DNA of 64,000 nt from Spirochaetia bacterium (GCA_963677925.2 CAXXYH010000003.1:544001-608000), one strand, 5' to 3'; counted from the stretch's first letter, positions 37,659-48,079 are shown. Notes: generated by a model not told the origin, from the letters alone. Program-made: numbers and translations.

Positions 37659-38842
37659 AGATGCAGTCCTGTTGTATCGAGAATATCGTCAGAGGTGAAT
37701 ATATTACTATCCGTTTCCCAGGTATCTGCACTGTCTCTGCACACTGCTATGCCGGTAAATGATACCCCCCGGTGCACCAGAATTTCTTTTAAAGCCAGCA
37801 GTTGAAGCGGACTGTATCCGACAGCAACCAGACTTACTGAAGAATTAAGCCTGAATCCGCTATCCAGCAGTTCCATCATGCCGTATTCAGTCTGCGGTTC
37901 CATTGCAGCCATTGTTTCAAGTATAGAAGTTATATGACTGATGTTTCTTCCCGGCCTTAAAACTCGGCTGCGCCCGCTCCTGAGCACGGAATTCGTTATA
38001 AAACCTGTAATCACACCCATCCGATCCATTTCATATAAAACAGAAGCTGCGGTTTCTACAGCCTTTTCAAATAAAAAATTATCCTCAGCTTCAGAGAATC
38101 CTTCTGTATCCAGTACAAGAACAACCTTCTCCTGCTCGGAAGGATCAAATATCTTCTCCATTAAATGACTGTATCTGGCACTGGCCTTCCAGTGAATATT
38201 TCTAGCCGGCTGCCAGTGCTGATACTCCCTTGTGCCGAGGATATAAACCGGGTCCTGTACCGGACTCTTTTTACCTGCTTTCCCGAACAAATCTCCAGCC
38301 TGCACAACAGGGAGCTTGACAGGATGTATTCTAGGGTAAACGGTAATCTCAAAAGAAGATGCATTTCGTTCTTTTATGTAGAACCCGAAGAAATCACCTC
38401 CTGAGATTTTCACCGGACCAATCTGAAATATTCCGCGTCTTTCAGCAATCATATTCCATTCAAGCTTTGCCTGCTGATACCACAAAAGTCCAGCTGTAGC
38501 GGAAGATGCCTGACCCTCAAAAAAATTTATTCCCTCAGATACCTCGGGAAGACTTACTTTCGCTATGACAGGAAGCAATTTACGGTTGAAAATCTCAGTC
38601 TCAATCTTAAGGGAATCCCCCCTGAAACACCGCCCGGTGCAGGTAAACAGTCTGCATTCAAGATTTTTCAGACTTAGAACACTCCATATTTTTATTATTC
38701 CGACAAGACCAAGAATCCCGGCTGTAAAAAGAACCATATCACGATCCATCCTAAGCAGTCCGGAAAAAAGGAAGACAGCTACAGCCAGGAGGATAAAGGG
38801 AACTGAGATTACCGAAATGGAATCATTGGGCTTTTCTGACAT
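37655..38842 (-). CDS. DUF58-domain protein
   Basis: RRG.FQIGP, VYP and TREYQ...RNIHWKASAR motifs. Confidence 0.88.
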   Translation of the reverse strand: MSEKPNDSISVISVPFILLAVAVFLFSGLLRMDRDMVLFTAGILGLVGIIKIWSVLSLKNLECRLFTCTGRCFRGDSLKIETEIFNRKLLPVIAKVSLPEVSEGINFFEGQASSATAGLLWYQQAKLEWNMIAERRGIFQIGPVKISGGDFFGFYIKERNASSFEITVYPRIHPVKLPVVQAGDLFGKAGKKSPVQDPVYILGTREYQHWQPARNIHWKASARYSHLMEKIFDPSEQEKVVLVLDTEGFSEAEDNFLFEKAVETAASVLYEMDRMGVITGFITNSVLRSGRSRVLRPGRNISHITSILETMAAMEPQTEYGMMELLDSGFRLNSSVSLVAVGYSPLQLLALKEILVHRGVSFTGIAVCRDSADTWETDSNIFTSDDILDTTGLHL

Positions 38843-38843
38843 C

Positions 38844-39779
38844 TTAAATATTCACTGATACTGGAACTTCATCAAGTATTCCGTGAAGAACATCTCCCGC
38901 CGTCATACCTTTAATCCTGTACTCATCTTTGAGGATTAAACGGTGGCATAGTACCGGCATCGCAAGCATCTTGACATCATCAGGCAAGACAAAATCGCGT
39001 CCTCTCAATGCCGCCATGGCCTGACCGGCACGCAGGAGGCCAAGCGAACCTCTGGGACTGGCTCCGTATTTAAGAAACTGACTTATTCTTGTAGCACCGG
39101 TGATATCAGCAATATATTCTTTTACAGGCTCAGAGACCTTTATCATCCGTCTTTCCTGCTGAAGCAGTACCAGTTCTTTCGGCGAAATAACAGCAGATAT
39201 ATGCTCAAGAGGATCTTCCTGCTGAAACCGGTTCATTATTTCAATTTCTTCTGCTTTATCCGGATAACCAAGATTGATTTTCAAAAGGAACCGGTCAAGC
39301 TGTGCTTCCGGTAAAGGAAATGTTCCTTCCTGCTCTATCGGATTCTGAGTTGCTATAACAAAAAATGGACTCGGCAGTTCCATAGTCTGTCCGTCTACAG
39401 TGATCTGCCGCTCCTCCATACTTTCCAGCAGACTGGACTGTGTACGTGGAATTGTCCTGTTGATTTCATCTGCAAGAAGTATATTCGACATTACTGGTCC
39501 GGGCTGATATGCGAAAGTTCCGCTTTTCTGATTATAAATATTAAAACCGGTTATATCCGATGGAAGAAGATCAGGAGTAAACTGGATGCGTTTATATAAA
39601 CCGTCTATACTTTTTGCAAGTGCTTTTGATAATAGAGTTTTACCCTGCCCGGGTACATCTTCAAGAAGGACATGCCCCTCAGCGAGCAGTGCAACCATAA
39701 CAAGCTCTATGGCTTCTCTTTTACCAACTACAGCCTTTGATATATTTTGCATCACTGAACTGCACAAACCGTATTTCAT
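38844..39779 (-). CDS. MoxR-family AAA+ ATPase
   Basis: LLEDVPGQGKT, RIQFTPDLLPSD, DEINR, ATQNPIE and LPEAQLDRF motifs. Confidence 0.95.
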   Translation of the reverse strand: MKYGLCSSVMQNISKAVVGKREAIELVMVALLAEGHVLLEDVPGQGKTLLSKALAKSIDGLYKRIQFTPDLLPSDITGFNIYNQKSGTFAYQPGPVMSNILLADEINRTIPRTQSSLLESMEERQITVDGQTMELPSPFFVIATQNPIEQEGTFPLPEAQLDRFLLKINLGYPDKAEEIEIMNRFQQEDPLEHISAVISPKELVLLQQERRMIKVSEPVKEYIADITGATRISQFLKYGASPRGSLGLLRAGQAMAALRGRDFVLPDDVKMLAMPVLCHRLILKDEYRIKGMTAGDVLHGILDEVPVSVNI

Positions 39780-39888
39780 AGAATATCCTCGATCAATTTT
39801 TAGAACAGTTCATTTTAGAATCGTTTCCTGAATAACACAATGGAGATTCTTTGAGAATTTACATAGTTTACATATCAGCAGATAATAT

Positions 39889-40608
39889 TCAGCAGAATAG
39901 ACTGAAGAAGTTTTTAAAGAGAGTTTTACCGGTTGCTGTGTATTCATTATTGATTTCAGCAAATTCACTTAAAAGTTCAGCTCTTTTCATCACGCGGAGA
40001 TCTTCATCTTCATCAAGCAGGCGTTTAAACAGGGGAGTATTCATCTCAAAATGACACTGTATTCCATAGGCTGAATTTTTATATTTCACTATCTGATTCT
40101 TACAGCTGCCGCCCTGCCCCTCACCGATCAGTTCAACCGATGCTGGAAGTTCGACCGTTTCGCCATGAAGCTGGAAAACTCTGAAGTGCTCACCAAGGTT
40201 TCGAAAAAGAAGTTCCTCGGCAGCACAGGCAGCACGACCAACAAAGTAGGGATTCCCGTTGCTGTGCTGAAAGCCGGTTTCCTTTTCAGGAGCTATAACG
40301 ACCTTCCCGCCGCAGACTTTAACCAGCATCTGCATTCCAAGACAGATACCCAGGTATGGAATACCGGCAGCGATACAACTTTTTATAAAATTGAGTTCAG
40401 CAATTATTTTTTGATTATCGTCATTGGCACTGTCAGGACCGCCCAGGACTACAACAGCAAGAAGCTCTGAATAATCAGGATATCCGGCGAACGCTGCTGC
40501 ATCAGCATCTATTATTACGTATGGTACTTTCATTTCTCTTAGAACATCAAGCGCGAGACCCGGGGTCTCACGCTCTACATTTCTTATAAAATGAACTTTT
40601 TTTTCCAT
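39889..40608 (-). CDS. Class I glutamine amidotransferase (GMP synthase-like, stand-alone)
   Basis: LGGP, GICLGMQ and GIQCHFE catalytic triad. Confidence 0.9.
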   Translation of the reverse strand: MEKKVHFIRNVERETPGLALDVLREMKVPYVIIDADAAAFAGYPDYSELLAVVVLGGPDSANDDNQKIIAELNFIKSCIAAGIPYLGICLGMQMLVKVCGGKVVIAPEKETGFQHSNGNPYFVGRAACAAEELLFRNLGEHFRVFQLHGETVELPASVELIGEGQGGSCKNQIVKYKNSAYGIQCHFEMNTPLFKRLLDEDEDLRVMKRAELLSEFAEINNEYTATGKTLFKNFFSLFC

Positions 40609-40617
40609 GTAAAAAGT

Positions 40618-43263
40618 TTATCTTTCGAGTTCTTTTATGAAAAAGTTGATACGATCATTACGTTCGGTAAACTCGGCAAGTTTCCCTTTTTCCTTCTCAA
40701 CTACATCATCAGGTGCATTATCAAGGAATTTTGAATTTCCGAGTTTGCCTTCAGTCTGCTTAATAAGTTTGGCAAGCTTGTCCTTTTCCTTTTTTAGTTT
40801 ATCAATCTCTTTTTCAACATCAACAGCCTCACGAATGAAGGCATAGGCTTCAAATCCCTGTCCGGCTGATGCAACACTGCCGCTGATATCGGCTTTGCCG
40901 CTGGCCAGAACAAGCTTGTCTGTATTTACAAACTGGGCAATAAGCGGTTCATGAGTTCTGAAAAAATCCTCTGAAGCAAAGCCTTCATCCATAACAACAG
41001 TTACCGGAATCTTCTTCTCAGGCGGAATCGTAAATTCCGATCTGAGGGTTCTGATTCCTCTTATCAGATCCTGAAGCAGAGTGAAAGAAGCCGCAGATTC
41101 AGGAAAGTTGAACTTCTCTTCATAAACCGGGTAATCTTCAATAATCAGCGCCTTTTTCTCAAGGGGAAGCTTCTGGTAAATTTCCTCGGTAATAAATGAA
41201 AGGTAGGGATGAAGAAGCTTCAGAGCCTGACCAAGAATATAAACCAGCATTGAAATTGCCCTGTCCTTTTCGGCTTCATCCTTTGAATACAGAGACATCT
41301 TTGAAGCTTCGATGTACCAGTCACAGAAATCATTCCAGAAGAACTCATAGCCGGCCTGGGCAAAGTCATTGAATCTGTAAACAGCAAGTGCTTCATGAGC
41401 AGCCGCGGTTCTTTCATTAAGACGGTGAAGGATCCACTTATCAACTTCTTTCAGTTCAATATCATTGATATCAATAATTTTTCTGCCTTCAACATTCATA
41501 AGAATGTAGCGTGAGGCATTCCAGACCTTATTTGCAAACTTGGAGCCTAGCTTGAATGATTCCTTGTCTATCAGTATATCCTGTCCCTGGGCTGAAAGAA
41601 ATGCCATGGTAAACTTCAGGGCGTCGGCACCGTATTCAGAAACAATCTCAAGCGGATCAAGACCGTTACCCAGAGATTTAGACATTTTACGTCCCTGCCT
41701 GTCACGTACAAGCCCTGTAATATAAATATCCCTGAAGGGGGCCTTATCCATAAACTCAAGCGAGGACATGATCATTCTGGCAACCCAGAAAAAAATTATA
41801 TCGTAGCCGGTAACCAGAGTGCTTGTAGGAAAGAATCGGTCAAGATCAGCAGTCTTTTCAGGCCAGCCCAGAGTTGAGAAAGGCCAGAGCCAGGAGGAGA
41901 ACCAGGTATCAAGAACATCTTCGTCCTGCCTTATATTAGAACTGCCGCATTTCTTGCATGTTGACGGATCATCGCGTTCAACCATCATCTCACCGCAGTC
42001 ATCACAATACCATACAGGGATTCTGTGTCCCCACCAGAGCTGTCTGGATATACACCAATCCCGGATATTGGATAACCAGTGCTTATAAGTATTTTCCCAT
42101 TTTTTCGGGTAAAAGATTACCTCGCTGTCTTCCCATGCTTTAAGAGCCATATCGGCCATTTTTTTCATGGATACAAACCATTGCTTCGATACATATGGTT
42201 CAACAACTGTGTCACATCGGTAGCAGTGGCCTACCTGGTGTTTATGTTCCTCATCCTTCAGATACAGTCCCAGAGCCTTTAGATCTTCAACTACTGCTTT
42301 TCGGGCAGTCTTTGCATCCATTCCCCTGTATTTTTCAGGAACGCTGTCATTCAGCGTTCCGTCGTCATTGAGTATGTTAATCTTTTCAAGGTTATGCCGG
42401 TTTCCAATTTCCCAGTCATTCGGATCATGCGCAGGGGTAATTTTAACCGCGCCGGTTCCGAATTCCATAGAAACATAGGAATCACCAATAACAGGAATAA
42501 TACGGTCTGAAAGCGGGAGCTTCAGCTCCTTTCCTATAAGATGCTTGTATCGATCATCCTCAGGATTTACTGCCACAGCAGTATCTCCAAGCATTGTTTC
42601 GGGTCTTGTTGTAGCGATTTCAAGCTGACCGCTTCCATCCGCAAGCGGATAAAAATAATGGTACATCTTTCCGTTTACTTCACTGTGGTCAACCTCGTCA
42701 TCTGCAAGAGCGGTTCCGCATGACGGGCACCAGTTAACAAGATAATTTCCCTGATATACGAGTCCTCTCTCATGAAGTCCTACGAAAACCTCGCGTACAG
42801 CTTTCGAACATCCCTCATCAAGCGTAAAACGTTCACGGCTCCAGTCGCAGGAAGAACCTATTTTCATCAGCTGTTTTTTGATGATGCTGTGATGTTCTTC
42901 CTTCACCTTCCATGTCTCTTCAACAAATTTTTCCCGGCCTAGGTCTCTTCGTTCAATCCCTTTCGCCCGAAGTTTTTTCTCAACAATATTCTGGGTTGCA
43001 ATACCTGCATGATCAGTTCCCGGAACCCACAGAGCCGGGCGGCCGCACATACGGTGATATCGAATAAGCACATCCTGAAGAATGTTGTTCAGGCCGTGTC
43101 CCATATGCAGAACACCTGTAACATTTGGAGGAGGGATCACAATAACAAAGGGATCTTTATCTGAATCGGACGGTTTAAAATAACCGTTATCCATCCAGTA
43201 CTTATAAATTCTGTCCTCAAATTCTTCAGGGTTAAAGGCTTTTGCCATCTCTTCTGTGCTCAT
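40618..43263 (-). CDS. valS: Valine--tRNA ligase
   Basis: PPPNVTGVLHMGH, DHAGIATQ, WCISRQLWWGH, KMSKS and a C-terminal coiled coil. Confidence 0.98.
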   Translation of the reverse strand: MSTEEMAKAFNPEEFEDRIYKYWMDNGYFKPSDSDKDPFVIVIPPPNVTGVLHMGHGLNNILQDVLIRYHRMCGRPALWVPGTDHAGIATQNIVEKKLRAKGIERRDLGREKFVEETWKVKEEHHSIIKKQLMKIGSSCDWSRERFTLDEGCSKAVREVFVGLHERGLVYQGNYLVNWCPSCGTALADDEVDHSEVNGKMYHYFYPLADGSGQLEIATTRPETMLGDTAVAVNPEDDRYKHLIGKELKLPLSDRIIPVIGDSYVSMEFGTGAVKITPAHDPNDWEIGNRHNLEKINILNDDGTLNDSVPEKYRGMDAKTARKAVVEDLKALGLYLKDEEHKHQVGHCYRCDTVVEPYVSKQWFVSMKKMADMALKAWEDSEVIFYPKKWENTYKHWLSNIRDWCISRQLWWGHRIPVWYCDDCGEMMVERDDPSTCKKCGSSNIRQDEDVLDTWFSSWLWPFSTLGWPEKTADLDRFFPTSTLVTGYDIIFFWVARMIMSSLEFMDKAPFRDIYITGLVRDRQGRKMSKSLGNGLDPLEIVSEYGADALKFTMAFLSAQGQDILIDKESFKLGSKFANKVWNASRYILMNVEGRKIIDINDIELKEVDKWILHRLNERTAAAHEALAVYRFNDFAQAGYEFFWNDFCDWYIEASKMSLYSKDEAEKDRAISMLVYILGQALKLLHPYLSFITEEIYQKLPLEKKALIIEDYPVYEEKFNFPESAASFTLLQDLIRGIRTLRSEFTIPPEKKIPVTVVMDEGFASEDFFRTHEPLIAQFVNTDKLVLASGKADISGSVASAGQGFEAYAFIREAVDVEKEIDKLKKEKDKLAKLIKQTEGKLGNSKFLDNAPDDVVEKEKGKLAEFTERNDRINFFIKELER

Positions 43264-43387
43264 AAATTACTCCGGTAAAAATATATCATTCAGAAAAAAG
43301 ATATTACCAGAATACGAATAAAGCTTCAATCAGCATCGATTTATTCAATATTGTCCTGAGTGCTGATCTGTGTTAGATTCTAAATCT

Positions 43388-44107
43388 ATGGGATTCAGAA
43401 AACCGGCTGCAGCAGCGATTCTTCTTACAATAATTACTTTTTCCTCCCTTGCTCAGAACAATACTGATACTGACTATCAGGAAGACAGGGTAAATCTGGC
43501 ATCAGAACTGCGCAGCCAGGGGAAACTGATACAGACATCAGTTTATAATGCCTTTCTGGAAGTTCCCAGACACAGCTTTGTATCACAAAAATACAGACGT
43601 CTTGTTTATCAGGATATTCCGGTTCCCGCAGCCGACAGCAGTATTCTGCCATCTGCTTCAGATACTGCAGAATGCATTGACCTTCTCTCGCCTTCGTCAT
43701 CAGACAGCATTCTGATAATAGGAAATAATGCCGGATATGCGGCAGCACTTCTGTCTCGGACCTGCAGGGAAGTCTATCTTATTGAGGAGTCATCTGCTGC
43801 TGCAAGCTATGCAGAGATATTCGCCTTAAACGGTTATGACAATATCAGACTTGCAGAAACTCAGGATGTTTCTGCATTTGATGAGATTCTTGCCTTCGAT
43901 AAGATTTTCATTCACGGCGCGGTGAGCGGAGTTTCAGAAAAGATCACAGAGAAACTGGCACTTCAGGGAAATATTGTATTCATAGCCGCTCAGCCGGAGA
44001 GTCTGCAGCTTATCATGTCTTTCAGGCGTTCTCTGCTTGGTGACAGCATTATCAGCGGGAATGAATGTTTTTTTCCGGTAATTTCAAAATTAAAGGTTGT
44101 TAATTGA
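43388..44107 (+). CDS. Protein-L-isoaspartate O-methyltransferase-like protein with signal peptide; SAM motif degenerate
   Basis: AFLEVPRHSFV...YQDIP and FDKIFIHGA motifs. Probable start is ATG 43388, after TTGTCC-17-TAGATT. Confidence 0.72.
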   Translation: MGFRKPAAAAILLTIITFSSLAQNNTDTDYQEDRVNLASELRSQGKLIQTSVYNAFLEVPRHSFVSQKYRRLVYQDIPVPAADSSILPSASDTAECIDLLSPSSSDSILIIGNNAGYAAALLSRTCREVYLIEESSAAASYAEIFALNGYDNIRLAETQDVSAFDEILAFDKIFIHGAVSGVSEKITEKLALQGNIVFIAAQPESLQLIMSFRRSLLGDSIISGNECFFPVISKLKVVN

Positions 44108-45322
44108 GCCTTTTTTTCTGGCCTTATCAATCCGCTCCATCTTCCGGTAGTACTTTGCCTGTTTTTCCACTTCTTCAGTACTTGTCAGATGTATCTTGTT
44201 GTTGACCACCTTAATTTTGGAGTTCTCAAACAGCTTCCTGATATAGACATTCCCTTCATCCTTAGGAAGACCTACAAGATTTATAAGTTCCTGAGGCCCG
44301 AAATCAAAGGTAAAGGGTTCGGAGGTTATAGGAGTTCTCATCTTTTCAAGCTGAATAAGAAGTGCATCGTAAAGCCTTCCAAGAGGATCAGTAAGCTGGG
44401 TATTGGCAAGCTGCTTATAAATAAACCAAATTCTTTCAGAAAGCAGCTGTGTAAGTTTCGAAATAATCTGAGGCTGGCTTGCAACCATCCGGTTGAAGTT
44501 GGCATTGTTCACCGCCATCAAAACTGTTTCTTCATGTGCAATAGCTGAAGCGGATCTGGGCTTGTTCTCAAGAAGCGACATTTCTCCGAATATATCACCA
44601 GGTTTCAGAAGTGCCAGAAGCTGTTCATTATCGTTTACGATTTTAGTAATCTTGACACTGCCCTTTTGTATTATATACAGCTCCTGACCAGGCTGTGATT
44701 CACTGAAAATCATTGTATCTTTCGGATATGTCCGTGTAAAATTCTTTTCATCACCATCAAGATATACAACTTTGGAATAGGGCTTTATTTTTGCCATTCG
44801 TTCCTTGGCTACATTCAAATTAGCACCGTCGGGACAGTATTTTATATATTGATGATAAGCATAGTAAGCCTGATTATACTGGCTCTGCCTGGCATAGTAT
44901 TCAGCTACTTTAAAAAGATGAGATAAATCATCAACAGCAATACTTTTGAAGGTGATACGTGTAAGAGCCTCATCAAGATAGCGCATCTTCTGCGAGAACT
45001 GCTGTATTATTTTCATAGCCACAGGGGCATTACGTTCAATCAGAAGTCCATACTGTTCACGGTGAACCGTGATAAGGGCAGCATCAGTCAGTGCCTGTGC
45101 TGTTTCAATATGGCTGTGTGACGACATAGTGGAAACAACCCCGAAGAAGTCACCCGGATTGAGAATATTTCCGCCGACTTCCTCTACTATTTCAACTTCC
45201 TTGCTTACACGCACCTTTCCGCTGCGGATAATGTAGAAATAGTCAGCCTTCTGCTTACCTTCTACTATGATGTAAGAGCCTTTTCGGAATGTCTGCAAAG
45301 ATAGTTGTAATGGATTATCCAT
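44090..45322 (-). CDS. Tandem cNMP-binding domain protein with central TPR and Crp-like C-terminus
   Basis: Two cNMP domains (GDFFGVVS; GDIFGEMSLLENKPRSASA) separated by a TPR (AEYYARQSQYNQAYYAY). Confidence 0.85.
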   Translation of the reverse strand: MDNPLQLSLQTFRKGSYIIVEGKQKADYFYIIRSGKVRVSKEVEIVEEVGGNILNPGDFFGVVSTMSSHSHIETAQALTDAALITVHREQYGLLIERNAPVAMKIIQQFSQKMRYLDEALTRITFKSIAVDDLSHLFKVAEYYARQSQYNQAYYAYHQYIKYCPDGANLNVAKERMAKIKPYSKVVYLDGDEKNFTRTYPKDTMIFSESQPGQELYIIQKGSVKITKIVNDNEQLLALLKPGDIFGEMSLLENKPRSASAIAHEETVLMAVNNANFNRMVASQPQIISKLTQLLSERIWFIYKQLANTQLTDPLGRLYDALLIQLEKMRTPITSEPFTFDFGPQELINLVGLPKDEGNVYIRKLFENSKIKVVNNKIHLTSTEEVEKQAKYYRKMERIDKARKKGSINNL

Positions 45323-45393
45323 ACCTCACCTAACCAGAAAGAGTTTTATTCTTTTAATAATATCGGCTTCCATACTCTTAATCATAAACATAT

Positions 45394-47049
45394 TTACCAC
45401 CAATTAACTACCCTTACAGAGCGCCATAATGAAGAATATGAAAATAATCCTGCGGATTCTTCATAAATAGTCTGTAAGGAGAAAAGCCCCTTCCTTGTAA
45501 CAATTCTTCCTTCTGGAGTAATCTGCCGGACCGGGATTACCCCCCTGGTAAAAGTCAGATGCTGGTTATCAAGACTGCCGAAATAATAGGAAGCCGGCTG
45601 TGTCTCATCAGCCAGAGGAAAATTACCGAACCTTGCACCGTCACCCAGGGCCGGATCAACAGGTACCCATCCGTAACCTTCAAGGTAAAATTCAGCCCAG
45701 TAATGATTTATTGACTGTTTATTGTTGTATATAAGCACTCCCGCTACAGGACGGGCCGGAATTCCGGCAGCCCTGCACATTGCAGTAAAAAGCACTGAAT
45801 AAGTATATGAATCACCCTCGCCGCTATTTATATTTTCGGCAATAAGAGTACTTGCCGGCTTAAGTGTATATTCCAGATTTCTAAGAAGATAATTGTAGAT
45901 ATTTTCTGCTTTGCGGTATGGATTGCGTTCACGCCCAACAGCAGAGGACGACCACCGTTTGACAGTATCATCCCCGGAAGGGATCAATGATTCCGCCTGT
46001 GTATATACTTTGAACAGCCTTCTGTCCTCATTATACCGTGTCTGAACTTTTGCGGTATTTACCCTTGTTTCTATTGCATAACATTCAAACCATGTCTGAA
46101 TATTTATCTGCTTTGTTTCATTGTCTGTAATATCTGAAAATGAATAGCGCATCAGGCCCAGATAGTTCTCCCAAAGCGGAGCAGGTTCTGTAGTAGTCTC
46201 GACATTTCTCTGCTCAAGTCCCGGCCTTACTATAGGTATCCAGAGATCAAGGCTGTTGGAAGCATTGCCGTCGACCCTGTTGACATCAACACCATATTCT
46301 ATCTGGTAGCCTTTCTTATCAGTATAATTCTTCACCCCGGAATTATCTTCAACTTCAAAATAGAGTGCGTTGCTGATGCCTCTGTCGGTCTGTATTCTGA
46401 TATTTCCTGATGAAGCACCATCAGGTATGAATACATTTATCTGCTGATCATCCCAGCTGTCATAATCATAATCAATTTCAGAACAAACTATCATTCCGGC
46501 AAGTGAATCATCTCCTCCGGAGGCTTCCTCATCAAGTCCGGCCGCCGCAAAAAAAACTTCCGCGGTGCCTCTTTCATGACCGAAATTAAGGCCCTTTATG
46601 GTGACAAGGCTTCCGACTGAGCCGCTTTCAGGAGACAGCGACTCCATATAGGGGTAACCAGGCTTCTGCGGGCCGGAAAGTATTACAGGTATATGCTCAC
46701 GGTTGGTAAAAAGAACGCCATTGCTTACCTTCCGTCTGGTTTTTACTGTAACCAGGCCGGAATCAGCATCTTCGGGAATTCTGACAATTATCTCATTATC
46801 AGACCATTTCTCATAATCATTGGACATAGCCCGTACACCGGCTATCCGTACTTCCACTCCGCTTCGGATATTTCCAAAATTACTGCCGATAATTCTTATA
46901 TTCTCTCCGGGATATGCTACATCCGGTTCGATGGAACTGATAACCGGAAAACGGTAAATGCCCGATGCATTAACCGCAAAACCTGCGATAACTGCTGCGA
47001 GAATTACAATTGGGAGAAATAACCGGTTTTTAAAGAGAGTTTTTATCAT
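45394..47049 (-). CDS. IPT/TIG-repeat plus transglutaminase-like domain protein
   Basis: N-terminal anchor, two IPT repeats (G.NFG, WSDNEI/WDDQQI), and LFTAMCRAAGIPAR, HYWAEFYL and WVPVDP motifs. Confidence 0.85.
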   Translation of the reverse strand: MIKTLFKNRLFLPIVILAAVIAGFAVNASGIYRFPVISSIEPDVAYPGENIRIIGSNFGNIRSGVEVRIAGVRAMSNDYEKWSDNEIIVRIPEDADSGLVTVKTRRKVSNGVLFTNREHIPVILSGPQKPGYPYMESLSPESGSVGSLVTIKGLNFGHERGTAEVFFAAAGLDEEASGGDDSLAGMIVCSEIDYDYDSWDDQQINVFIPDGASSGNIRIQTDRGISNALYFEVEDNSGVKNYTDKKGYQIEYGVDVNRVDGNASNSLDLWIPIVRPGLEQRNVETTTEPAPLWENYLGLMRYSFSDITDNETKQINIQTWFECYAIETRVNTAKVQTRYNEDRRLFKVYTQAESLIPSGDDTVKRWSSSAVGRERNPYRKAENIYNYLLRNLEYTLKPASTLIAENINSGEGDSYTYSVLFTAMCRAAGIPARPVAGVLIYNNKQSINHYWAEFYLEGYGWVPVDPALGDGARFGNFPLADETQPASYYFGSLDNQHLTFTRGVIPVRQITPEGRIVTRKGLFSLQTIYEESAGLFSYSSLWRSVRVVNWW

Positions 47050-47540
47050 TCCGTCCTTACTGAGTCTGAGTCATCTTCTACTGATAGAACCTGAATATCC
47101 ATTTCGATGCTGTATACATTGCTGTCGGAATCATATGCCATTCCCAGCGGAAAAAACACAGCAGTCTCACCGAATTTAACGGGGAGACTTTTCAGAGTAG
47201 TATAGTATTTAACTTCCTTACTGTCAGTATTATTGGACAGAAAAATTTCGCCTTTAGCAACAAGAAAGACAGTGTTGTCCTCATTGAGATAAGGGGTGAT
47301 ATTTGCTATAACGACAAGATTGTCGCCTGAAAGCTTTACTTTTACAGCTTCGCCGGATACTGCGACCCTGTTGCTTTCCATATGCCAGAGGGTTTCATTG
47401 TCTGTACCAAGCCCCCTGGTTACGAGATTAATTTCAAGTTTTTTACCTTTTATAAAATCAAAGTCGAAACCTGCACTCTGTGCGTTTACCCCGAGCACAG
47501 ATATCAGCAGGAGTACAATGCTGCTTATACTCCTCCGCAC
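47046..47540 (-). CDS. Exported hypothetical protein
   Basis: Signal peptide and beta-rich sequence; overlaps both neighbours in the ECF operon. Confidence 0.7.
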   Translation of the reverse strand: MRRSISSIVLLLISVLGVNAQSAGFDFDFIKGKKLEINLVTRGLGTDNETLWHMESNRVAVSGEAVKVKLSGDNLVVIANITPYLNEDNTVFLVAKGEIFLSNNTDSKEVKYYTTLKSLPVKFGETAVFFPLGMAYDSDSNVYSIEMDIQVLSVEDDSDSVRTE

Positions 47541-48079
47541 TATTGCCCCCGATGATAATCAGCTTTTCGGATAAGTTGGGGTTCTCCGGTCACTGCAGGG
47601 GTATCGCCGGCGGGTATTGTGATAAGAAGATCAAAACCCTCATCACTGGCAATAATGTAAGCGGCAGCATCTTCCAGGCTTATAACCTCAAAATCCTGAG
47701 CATCATCCTTGATTTCTTCAGCAACATATTCGGTAGTTCGGCCAGTTGTAAAAAGAAGAAACAGCCCCAGAAATAAAATTATAAGCATAGCTGCGGCAGC
47801 ACCGGCAAAAACAGGCAGCGGCATACTTATAACCCTGGAAATATTCCGTTCAGGCATCATCTGCCGTTTGCGTTCCAGAGTTGCTGCAACTCTTTCCATT
47901 CTCAGCTTCTGCCCCGGAACGGATGATTCTGAAAGTAAATCACCTATTTCGGTATAATTTTTTACAGTATCTTCGCAGTCTGTACAATTTTTAATATGGG
48001 ATTCGGCCTCATCATGCCATTTAGAATCAAGCTCACCGTCATAAAAAGCAGACAGTAATTGTCTGTCAGGACACATCAA
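47540..48079 (-). CDS. Zinc-binding anti-sigma factor (zf-HC2)
   Basis: LSAFYDGEL...HIKNCTDC (HxxxCxxC) plus one TM; directly follows the ECF sigma gene. Confidence 0.9.
   Translation of the reverse strand: MMCPDRQLLSAFYDGELDSKWHDEAESHIKNCTDCEDTVKNYTEIGDLLSESSVPGQKLRMERVAATLERKRQMMPERNISRVISMPLPVFAGAAAAMLIILFLGLFLLFTTGRTTEYVAEEIKDDAQDFEVISLEDAAAYIIASDEGFDLLITIPAGDTPAVTGEPQLIRKADYHRGQ

Noticed and set aside
32130-39800. Integrated mobile element or genomic island
   Set aside because: Accessory-looking genes, but no integrase, transposase, tRNA site or flanking direct repeats were seen.
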